Source: Hemiscyllium ocellatum | Taxonomy: Eukaryota | Reading direction: 5' to 3' | Length of the DNA: 64,000 nt | Assembly (NCBI RefSeq): GCF_020745735.1 | Contig: NC_083445.1 | Coordinates: 1,550,001 to 1,614,000 of the forward strand | In this document: piece by piece, positions 11,101 through 23,100 of the stretch | Numbering within the stretch: position 1 is the stretch's first letter | Layout of the letters: each line of letters begins with the position of its first letter | Made by a program: the position numbers and the translations under genes | The notes under the pieces: generated by a model | What the model was told of the DNA's origin: nothing | The model's input: only the letters and a program-made list of their open reading frames with translations | Database searches by the model: none

Positions 11101-14100
11101 ACAGAGTGCAACTCTAGAATGACCCTTTGGTTGGCAGGATTGCCTGATAGAGTCATATAGCACAGAAACAAACCCTTTGGTGCAATCAGTCCATGCTGAC
11201 CATAACCCCAACTAAACAAGTCCCACCTCTCTGCTCCTGGCCCACATCCCTCCAAACTTTTCCTATTCATGTACATAACTAAATATCTTTTAAACATTGT
11301 AACTGTCCCCACCTGCACCATTTCCTCAGGGGAAAGTGAGATTAAAGATCAACAGTTCTCTCATCGTTTGAAAAAAAATGAGTGACTTCATTGAAATTTG
11401 CGAAATTCTTATTGAGAGTGACGAGGGATATGGAGAGGTTGTTTTCCCTGGCTGACGTTCCAGAACCAGGGAATTTACCTGATAAAGGGCAGACCATGTA
11501 TGACTGAGATGAGGAGCAATTCCTTGCTCAGGATACAGTGAGCCTTTAGAATTTGTCACTCCCGAGGGCTGTAATTATTGAGAAGAAATCGGTAGATGTC
11601 TGGACACTCATAACATCAAATGAGATCATCCAAGAAATGAGCAGTGAGAGGGCAAGTGTGAGGGAGAGGGAAGAATGGGAGGAGAGAGGGCAGAGAACGG
11701 ACAGGATGATGCGCTGTCTAGTCCCGATGGGGGTCAGTTTTTAAAGCTGTCAGGTCACAGAGAAAATGTTTCTCCAGAGACAGGTCTCCACTGTGAAAGC
11801 TGCCCTCAATCTGATCCCTCCACACTAACTCAGGGAAAGGCTGCAGTTTATCAGCATTCAACAGCAATGATAAAGAAACACCAACCCACTCACCTTAGAG
11901 CTATGGATGAGACCTTTCTCAGCAAAACATAAGCTTTAGTTACAAAATACAAGTTAACCACCAAGGAACGTATTGCAGGCTGTTGGCAGGTTTAACAGGA
12001 TGACTGCGGACATATTCAGAGGAACCTCGATTATCCGAAAGACATTGGTGGGGACTATTTTGTCAGATATTTGAAAGTTTGGATAACCAAATGCCAGATA
12101 ACACAGTTTAGCCAGGCATCAGGACCTCACAATCTTGCTGAATAATCTGAAATTCAGATAATCGAATGCCAAATAAACAAGGCTCCCCTGTAGACAGAAA
12201 GAGCCTTCTTACCTTCGGTCACGGGGAACCATAATTACAACCGATCCTGCAGAAACCGGACACCAGCATGACACCACAATCTCAGAGTCAATCACCGCAC
12301 AAACATCCCCCTCACAACCAGCACCAGGGACAACCACTACATACCTTTCGGTACATCCTCCCCTTTATCGGCTTTCCCTTTATCCAGCTCGTCATCATTA
12401 TTGTCACTGAAAATCAAACACAACACTTTCAGTAAAATACTTGACAGGTTTACCTCCCCCTCTCCCCGTGACCCCACCCCTGACCCCAGCAAACAGCCAG
12501 ACCCCTCTCCCCGTGACCCCACCCCTGACCCCCAACCCCAGCAAACAGCTGGGCCCCTCTCCCCATGAGACACTGCAATGGGCAGCCAAGAAGCTCCCCC
12601 ACCCCTGCAGTGTCCCCCCGCTCTCTCTCCCCCCCCACCCTGATGCAGTGTCCCCCCGCTCTCTCTCTCCCCCCCCACCCCCACCCTGATGCAGTGTCCC
12701 CCCGCTCTCTCTCTCCCCCCCCACCCCCACCCTGATGCAGTGTCCCCCCGCTCTGTCTCGCCCCCCCCCCCCCCACCACCCCGGTGCAGTGTGCCCCTGC
12801 TCTCTCTCCCCCCCCCCCCCCCCCCCCAACCCCCACCCCATGCAGTGTCCCAGCAGGCTCAATGGAAAAGCTGTAACCCCCGGGGTGGAATCCTCACACC
12901 GATGATCGCAAGTAAAAAAGATTAAATACCTCGATTCATCATCCGAGATATAATCCACTTCCTGCCCTTCGAAATCTCCATCATCACTATCCTCCACAGC
13001 CTCATCGTCAGAACCCTTCCTCTTCTTCCTCTTGGCTCCAGCTGGCCCTTTCTTTGGGGCTTTGGGGTCTTTCTTGGTGTCTCCTGGAGAAGGCAACAGA
13101 AGGGCCACGTTAAACACGGAATCCATGGCGACAGGAATTGGCCGTTTCCTCATCACCCCCCTGGGCCTCGCAAACCTTTACTGGCCTGAGCTTTCAATAA
13201 ATTCCTCTCCTGTTCCCTGGGGAAGGGAATTCCACAGGTTAACAACCCGGAGACAGAGATACTAAATGCTTTCATCTCCATTTTAAAGGGAGGCCTCTTC
13301 CTCGCTGCCCCGAATTTTAGTCAACCCTACAACAGGGAGCACCCTCTGGGTATCCACCCTCCGCAATGACACCCTCCGAGGGAGCCAGTGGCCCAGGGCC
13401 CACACTGTCAGACACTCGCTGAGGGAGCCAGTGGTTCAGAACCCACACTGTTAGACTCTCTCTGAGGGAGCCAGTGATCCAGAACCCACACTGTCAGACA
13501 CTCGCTGAGGGAGCCAGTGATCCAGAACCCACACTGTCAGACTCTCTGTGAGGGAGCCAGAGGCCCAGGGCCCACACTGTCAGACTCTCGCTGAGGGAGC
13601 CAGAGGCCCAGGGCCCACACTGTCAGACTCTCGCTGAGGGAGCCAGTGGCCCAGAATCTCTGCCTCAGTGTAAGAGGTGTTCTGGGGAGACTGGGAATGT
13701 GACATTATCTACATCAGCACAGACTGGGCAGTGGGAGGGAGGAGGAGAAATGGGAAAGTGTCTTTAAACCAGACCATTAGGGTTAATTGTGAAAGTTAAT
13801 TGGAAATGACAATGAGCAATCGAAGTAAAGTGAGAAACGTATGTGAAAAACAGGCTGAATGTATGAACAGGGTGATTTGACAGCGGGCGGGAGGGGGAGC
13901 AACCTGACCTCGGGTATGGGAGGGAACTATCCCCTTGTGCAGTTTATGTTGGGCCACCTGATATTGCTTACCATCTAGTTGCAAGAACTGGAAAAGTGCT
14001 GCAGTTGGAATGAAATGGGGATTCAGCCTGTAACGTTACATTCAGAATCGTATTAATAACAGGGACCATGCTCCACTCATCGGAATTTATCCCAACAGGC

Positions 14101-17100
14101 TGGGGTTCCCGAGAGCGGTGCTGTGCAATCGGAGACCGTCTCAAATGCCTCTGTCACTGAAGTCCCCGATGGATCGCAGGCAGTGAGAGATTCACTGGTT
14201 TTATCTCAGTTGATTAACCTAATTATATTACGTTATAAAGTAACTGTGGTATTAGCTAACAATGATTAATTCATGTACGTATAAATACTTTAACCCAATA
14301 AATGAGCTACACATTGAAGTGCATGTATCAGACCATAAACAGGGAGGTACTTTCAGCTGAACAACACACAGGACGAGGTGAACCGTGTCACTTACTGTCC
14401 TCATCACTGTCCTCCTCATTCTCCTCAGAGCTCACTTCCAGGTCATCTTCCAGGTCGTGGATGCGGAGGTCATTGCCTTTTCGCTTCCTTTCTTTCCCTT
14501 TCTTTCCCTTCTCTTCCTCCTCCTCTCCATCATCCCGGTCCTGATCCTTTAACCTTTTCTGCAGCATGATACTGAAATGGTTCACCACCTTGTTGCGCCT
14601 GGCCATTAACCATCGTTCCAAGGTGATCGGGCGGTAGGGGACAAAAACAGAAATAACCCCAAAACAATGTCAAACTCAGCGTAACAAACGGCAATAACCG
14701 AGCACCCTCAACATCAGCAGGAAGATGGTGCAGTGACTCTGAGGAACAGACAGATAATGCCCCCTACAATGAAAGACAGACAATAATGACCGACTGAGGT
14801 GCCTTCTCGGTGAGAGAGGGGCCCAGTACTGTTCAGAGTCCACTCGCAGCAAACCCAGTGTTTGAACATAGTGCCCTGGCAGCGTGAGGATAACCAGCAG
14901 CAGCCCCTCCAGCCGAGAGAGGGTGAGGGACAGGGAAGCTCAATCACAATTCCCTTAAACAGCCCAAAACCCTGAGGTATCGATAGAAAAAGATTTGATT
15001 TGGACTTCCAAGATCAACAAAGTCTGACTGCGAGAAGTCAATATTAACGTTAGCCTTACACCAACCATATGGAATGTCTTGTGGTGAGACTGAGAGAGAA
15101 CTGAATAAAATTACAAACATAATTCACATCTTATTTTTATTCCTCTGATAACACTTGCAACACTAAAACACGTGCAGCAGTGAGGAAACTATCAGGAGTT
15201 AGTCAATACGCTGGGAATATAATAAGGATGATGTGGAAAAATGGAAGACATGGAATATTTTTTGGATTGAAACGTTACCATGCTGCTCCCTACTCCCAAC
15301 CAAACAATAAGGTTAGTCTAGTGTCTGACCAACCAGTGCTGTGATGTTATTACACACCTCTGGAGCAGTTGGCTCTGGGATCCAGGCTTCCCAGTCCAGG
15401 GGCATGGACAGTACCTCAGCAACCCCCACCTCCATGATGACAATTTAATGTGACTTCAGGGAAAAGGCAAGCAAAGCTTTCAAGGTGATAAAGGTTCAGA
15501 GCCCTTCGTTATTCCTGCCCAGTTAAAGGGGCCTACATGTTCATGGCTGCCTGGTAACCCTTTTGGACATAACTTTCTGTTTTACACACCTAAATAATTA
15601 GTAAGGAAGACACCCCAGAGGTTGCAAGTGTTTCTCCTGAAATTCTTTCTTAATAGAAGTTCCCAGATCCCCAATAATAAGCAGTGTTCCTGGCTAGCCT
15701 TTTAAAATCTGAAAGCTGAAATGTGATCACTTCCCAAAGCCTCAGATTCAGGTCAACTGTAATCAGGATGAGGTTCTTCCATCGGTGTCCAGCTCTCAGT
15801 AACGTGATGCTCTCGAAAGGGAAGCCAGTGTTTTGGCTTCTCTCCCATTCTTAGGCCCCTAGCCCAGGAACGTGCTGGTCCTCTTCCCTTTAAACCAGCC
15901 TGGCTGTAGGGACCGCTCTCTTCTCATGCGCTGTCAATGGGTCTACATTTGGGATTAAGGGGATATACTTCTATTTTGAGATTTGACAGTGTTTGTACTC
16001 GTTTAATGAATACGTTTTGCTCACTGTAAACTGATTTTTTGAATTAATTAAAAAAATCTCTGGTGAAAGTCTCTTATGTTCTCACTTTTAAACATAAAGG
16101 TAAAGTCAGGACAGTCCCAGAGGATCTCACGGGCTGTTCTCTCATTACAGAGATAGAGAGAGACGACTGGTGCTGGTTTAACCTGAGACACAGGCGAGGG
16201 GAGAGATCTTCATGGTAATGTGACCAGTGGAGTGCCACAAGGATCGGTGCTGGGCCCTCTACTTTTTGTCATTTACATAAATGGTTTGGATGCGAGCATA
16301 AGAGGTACAGTTAGTAAGTTTGCAGATGACACCAAAATTGGAGGTGTAGTGGACAGCGAAGAGGGTTACCTCAGATTACAACAGGATCTGGACCAGATGG
16401 GCCAATGGGCTCAAAAGTGGCAGATGGAGTTTAATTCAGATAAATGTGAGGTGCTGCCATTTTGGGAAATCAAATCTAAGCAGGACTTATACACTTAATG
16501 GTAAGGTCCTAGAGAGTGTTGCTGAACAAAGAGACCTTGGAGTGCAGGTTCATAGCTTCTTGAAAGTGGAGTCGCAGGTAGATAGGATAGTGAAGAAGGT
16601 GTTTGGTATGCTTTCCTTTATTGGTCAGAGTATTGAGTACAGGAGTTGGGAGGTCATGTTGCGGCTGTACAGGACATTGGTTAGGCCACTGTTGGAATAT
16701 TGTGTGCAATTCTGGTCTCCTTCCTATCGGAAAAACGTTGTGGAACTTGAAAGGGTTCAGAAAAGATTTACAAGGATGTTGCCAGGGTTGGAGGATTTGA
16801 GCTACAGGGAGAGGCTGAACAGGCTGGGGCTGTTTTCCCTGGAGCATCGGAGGCTGAGGGGTGACCTTATAGAGGTTTACAAAATTATGAGGGGCATAGA
16901 AAGGATAAATAGACAAAGTCTTTTCCCTGGGGTGGGGGAGTCCAGAACTAGAGGGCATAGGTTTAGGGTGAGAGGGGAAAGATATAAAAGAGACCTAAGG
17001 GACAACTTTTTCACACAGACGGTGGTATGTGTATGAAATGAGCTGCCAGAGGATGTGGTGGAGGCTGGTACAATTGCAACATTTAAGAGGCACTTGGATG

Positions 17101-20100
17101 GGTATATGAACAGGGTTTGGTGGGATATGGGCCGGGTGCTGGCAGGTGGGACTAAATTGGGTTGGGATATCTGGTCGGCATGGACGGGTTGGACTGAAGG
17201 GTCTGATTCTATGCTGTACATCTCTGTGACTGTATGACTCTATGACCTCAGCCAAGCAATTGGCTACTTTGGTGATTAGAACATAGAGCATTCCAGCGCA
17301 GTACAGGCCACTCGGCCCTCGATGTTGTGCCGACCTGTGGAACCAATCTGAAACCCATCTATCCGACACTATTCCATTACCATCCATATGCTTATCCACT
17401 GACCATTTAAGTGCCTTTAAAGTTGGCAAGTCTACTACCATTGCAGGCAGTGCATTCTACACCCCTACTACTCTGAGTAAAGAACCTACCTCCGACATCT
17501 GTCCTATATCTATCACCCCTCAATTAAAGCTATGTCCCCTTGTGCTGGCCATCACCATCCAAGGAAAAAGGCTCTCACTGTCCACCCGATCTAACCCTCT
17601 GATCATCTTCTACATCTCTATTAAGTTACCTCTTAACCTTCTTCTCTCTAACAAAAACAGTGTCAAGTCCCTCAGCCTTTCCTCAATAGACCTTCCCTCC
17701 AGACCAGGCAACATCCCAGTAAATCTCCTCTGCACCCTTTCCAATGCTTCCACATCTACAATTCTATCACGTGGTGACCAGAACTGGATACAATACTCAA
17801 AGTGCGGTTACCCCAGAGTTTTGTAGAGCTGCAAGATGACCTCATGGCTCTGAAAATCAATCCCTCTACCAATAAAAGCTACCACAGTACACCTTCTTAA
17901 TAACCCCATCACCCTCAGGGATCTATGTACATCAACACCGAGATCTCTCTGCTCATCTACAATACCAAGAGTCTTACCATTAGCCCAGCACTCTGCATTC
18001 CTGTTACTCCTTCCAAAGTGACTCACCTCACACTTTTCTGCGTTAAACTCCATTTGGCACTCAGCCCAGCTCTGTAGCTTATCTATGTCCCTCTGTAACC
18101 TGCAACATCCTTCCACACTGTCCACCATTCCTACGCCTTTAGTGTCATGCACAAATTTACTAACCCATCCTTCTCTGCCCTCATACACATCATTTATAAA
18201 AATGACAAGTGGCCCCAAATCAGATCCTTGCGGGCACACCACTAGTAACTGAATATTAGGATGAACATTTCCCTTCTTGTCTTGTCTCAAATGGCCAATC
18301 ACTCTCAATCCCATGCCTATGTATTGTCTGCAATAGCCTACCGTGGGGAACCTGATCAAACACTTTACTGAAGTCCATATACACCACATCAACTGCTTTA
18401 CCCTCATCCACCTGTTTGGTCACCATCTCAAAGAACTCAATAAGGTTTGTGAAGCACGACCTACCCTTCACAAAACTGTGCTGACTATCCCTAATCAAAT
18501 TATTCCTTTCTAGATGATTATATCCTCTCTCTTTTACCCACAACCGAAGTAAGGCTCACTGGTCTACAATTCCCAGGGCTGTCTCTACTCCCTTCTTGAA
18601 CAAGGGAACAACATTTCCTATCCTCCAAGTTTCTGGTACTGTCCCTGTAGACAATGATGACATAAAGATCAAAGCCATAGGCTCTGCAATCGCTTCCCTG
18701 GCTTCCCAGAGAATCCAATGTCACAAAGTTAGTCCCATTTTTTTCCTAAAAGCTGTTCCTTGGCTCAAGGAGACTCTGTCCTTGATTTTATTTCAGAGGG
18801 GTAATAACGCAGGCCGGGCTCTGATCAGTCTGATTTGGTCCAGAGATGAAAAGGGTTTGACAGGCCTTTTGTTTATATGTAAACAGATGGGACTTCAGGC
18901 CAAAGTGGTCATGTTTTAGCAGTGACCGGTATAATGAAAGGGGAGTGGTCAGCTCTCTAGTTGAACAGTTTAGTTCAGTCTTGAACTGGTGAGGATTTCA
19001 ACAGTGAACTGTGTGGAAACTCTCCCTCTCTTTCTGCCCTTCACCTTCAGCCAGTAAGCATGTGTTCCATTGATACTGGCTTTTAAAGGGAGTTTGCTTC
19101 ATGGGACTGCTGTGTATATTCGGCACCCCATGCTTAAGTCTAGTTTGGATAGACTGAGTTCTGTTAGGGTTCTTTATTCTGTTCTTTGTGTTTCATTGTG
19201 TAATTCTGTGAATAAATTTTTGTCTGTTTTAAAATGTAGTAGTCAACCCAGCTAACTTACTCTGGGTAATCTTCACTGTACACTTACTGAAACAAATTGC
19301 AAAGGTCCTCAAACTATAGCGTTTCCAGTCAATATTTGGAAAGTTAAAGTCCCCTATAACAACTACCTTGTTACTTTCACTCCTGTCCAGAATCATCTTT
19401 ACAATGCTTTCCTCTACATCTCTGGAACTTTTCAGAGGCCTATAGAAAACTCCCAACAGGATGACCTCTCCTTTTCTGTTTCTAACCTCAGCAGACAAGT
19501 CCTGATCAAACATCCTTACAGTCACCCTAATACTGTCCTTGACCAACAAGGCCACAGCTCCCCCTCTTTTACCACCTTCTCTGTTCTTACTGAAACATCT
19601 AAACTCTGGAACCTGCAACAACCATTCCTGTTCCTGCTCTATCCATGTCTCCGAAATGGTCACAACATTGAAGTCCCAGGTACCAGCCCATGCTGCAAGT
19701 TCACCCAGCTCATTCCGGCTGCTCCTGGTGTTGAAGGAGACCCACTTCAAACCACCTTCCTACCTGCCAGTACACTCCTGCCACCTTGAAATCTAATTCA
19801 TGACCTCACTACTCTCAACCTCCTGTACACTGAAGCTACAATTCAGGCTCCCACCCCCTGGTGAACTAGTATAAATCCTCCCACAGAGCATTAGCAAAGC
19901 CCCCCCCCAGGACACTGGCACTCTCTGGTTCACATATAGACCATCAGACTGAATCAATTCATTTATACAAACACAGCTCGCCTGGTGGTGAGGTGGGGCT
20001 CCATTATCAGCACATTCCTCTGTCTCCAGCTGTAACATCTACAAGGGTAAGTAGATGATGTGCATCAATATCTGATGCTCCTTATAGTACCAGGGGAAAG

Positions 20101-23100
20101 TGCTGGGAACAAACTGACCTGAGAGAGATAGCTCAGACAAGAGGCCAGTGATGTAATCCATTACAGCATTACATAAGAACATTACAGCACAGGAACAGGC
20201 CCTTCGGCCCTCCAAGCTGGTGCTGATCCTTATCCTTTATCTAAACCTGTCGTCTATTTTCTAAGGATCTAAGGATCTGAATCCCTTTTACTCCCTGCCC
20301 ATTCATGATTAGATTAGATTCCCTACAGTGCGGAAACAGGCCCTTCGGCCCAACCAGTCCACACCAACCCTCTGAAGAGCAACCCAGACCCATTTCCCAC
20401 TGACTACTGCACCTAACACTATGGGCTATTTAGCATGGCCAGTTCACCTGACCCGCACATCTTTGGACTGTGGGAGGAAACCGGAGCACCCGGATGGAAA
20501 CCCACACAGACATGGGGAGAATGTGCAAACTCCACACAGACAGTCGCCCGAGGCTGGAATCGAACCTGGGACCCTCATGCTGTGAGGCAGTTGTGCTAAC
20601 CACTGAGCCACCATGCCGCCCATGTATCTGTTTACATACATCTTAAATGATGCTATCATTCCCGCCTCTACCACCTCTGCTGGCAGCGTGCTCCAGGCTC
20701 CCACCACTTCCTGAGTAAGAACTTTCCACGCATATCGCCCTAAACTTTTCCCCTCTTGCTCTGAACTCCTGAGCCCTAGTAATTTAGTTCCACACTCTGG
20801 GAAAAAGCTTCTTGCTATCCACCCTGTCTATACCTGTCATCATTTTGTCTAAATCAATCAGGTTTCCACACCCCCCCCCAACCACCACCCCACCACCACC
20901 CTGAACCTTTGTCTTTCTAATGAAAATAATCCTAATCTACTCAACCTCTCTTCATAGAGAGTGCCCTCCATACCAGGCAACATCCTGGTAAACATCCTCA
21001 GCACTCTCTCCAAAGCATCCACATCCTTTTGGTAATGTGGCGACCAGAACTGTACGCAGTATTCTAAATGTGGCCAAACCAAAGTCCTGTCCACCTGTAA
21101 CATGACCTGCCAAAAAAGGCACAGATTTAAACTTCGAGGTAACCAACATTAGGAGCTTTACCTTCCCCACTCCTCCTCGGCTTCCTCTGCTGTCAGAGTC
21201 TTGTGTTTCGCGACAGGGATAAAGTTGTACCAGGCATTAACAGGGAAGGCTTCAAACGCTCCATCAGGACACTGTGTGAAGATGTAGTAGGAAGCATTTT
21301 CAGTGACCCCACCTTTCCTCTGACCTTTGAACCTTAACAAAGGAAAAAGAGATGAGGAATTCACACAGAGGGTTGTCCCCATTGCTGCCCAGTAATGAAG
21401 CAATTCCCTTTCCTTACTTCCGACCCGCTTTCCCATTCACTCTCAGCAGCCAGGGCTGGTCCTCGGGTTTAAACTCGCGTGTAACAATTCCAAACTTCTT
21501 CTTTCTTGACTCCTCACGGAGCTTTTTGCCAAACTCACTGCCTGCACCGAACATCGGCTGTTCCTCCTCCTGGTAAATCTTCTTGTTACTCAGGTCACGC
21601 TCCATTTTAGCCTGAGAGGAAACGGAGAGTCGTGTAATGTTTGTGACGAACCCTGACAGTCATCAGTATCAATGTATCCTGTGCAGGCCCCTCTCCCTGC
21701 ACCTCGCTCACAGATTACTGGAGCCCTCTCGTATAAAGTTATATAATCTAGGAGACCCTGATAGCAAGCATGGATTCCCTCTCACCCACCCATCATTTAC
21801 TCAATGTGAATAACACAAAAGCTTTTAGACAGAGATACCCTGAAAAGGATGAAGTTGAACGGTGCAGTACCACTAAACCTGCTGGAATAGTGAACATTTC
21901 CAAGCACCCCTTGCCCTGTGGCATCCCCCACCCCTTCTGAGGCCTCTACCACCTGCAGAGTTATACCTGAGTCCATGTCGAGAAATCTATCTTATCAGCA
22001 GCATTGAAGGCCATGATGTTGTGTTTCTTGGTGTTGTTCCTGCAAAGGGAATGGGGTCAATTCAATAAGAGATCAGGTCCTGATGCTCACCCTCAAAAAT
22101 CCCCTCAGCCCATCACCCCCTCAGCCCTCACCACATCACAGAAGTTCTGAGAAAGAGTCACTTTAGACAAAGCTATGGAGTGAAGTCAATGGGGGCCCTC
22201 AAAATGTTTACGTTTTCTCTCTCCACAGATGCTGCCAGACCTGCTGACTTTCTCCAACTTTTGATTATTATTGCAGATCTCCAACACCCAAGTGCTTAGC
22301 TTCTGTTTTCATTAGAAAATAACCCACCCTGATTTGGGAAGAGCTCATACATTTCCCTGTGAATGATTAACGGGTTGTTCCCGTGTCCTGGCCCAGCTGC
22401 TAGTTACTGCTAATTCAGACATGAATGATCCGAGAATCTCTTACTTGGGGACACGGACTGTGTATTCCGTCACTGCCTGGCTGCTCGAACCCTGTCAAAG
22501 AAAAACAACCATGTGATCATCAGTGACCTCCGCCAAGCAGTAACTGTAATAATAATCCCCTACCTGCCACACCATAGTAACTGGCCTGTGCTTCGGAACT
22601 CAGCACAAGAATGAGCCAGAGGTGAACCTTCCCTCCACCATAAGATCAGAGTTAGGATGATTGCTCATGCACAACGCTCAGCACCATCTGGGAGTCCTCA
22701 GATACTGAGGCAGTCTGTCTTGCCCAGATGGTGTCTAACTGCTTTTGGTAAGTAACAGGAAAACTAACTTTTGGATACCACTGTGCCGTAGAGAACAAGC
22801 TAGTTTTCCAAGATCAAAGACAAACCGTGAATCGTGTGGCATATAGTCATTAGTTACACAAGGGCATGTAACCTTTAAGATATTTGATAACATTTGAGTT
22901 ATCGGGAAAGGCTGAAAAAAACTGGGCGGTTTTCCCTGGAGCCTCAGAGGCCAAGGGGTGACCTTATAGAGGCTTATAAAATCATGAGGGGCATGGATAA
23001 GGTAAATAGACAAGATCTTTTCCCTAGGGTAGGGGAGTCCAAAACCAGAGGGTATAGGTTTAAGGTGAGAGGAGAAAGATTTAAAAGGGACAAGAGGGGC

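Noticed and set aside
13369-13655. Regular repeats superficially like a CRISPR array (also 24538-24724)
   Set aside because: Contiguous tandem units with no unique spacers, in a eukaryotic intron with no cas genes.
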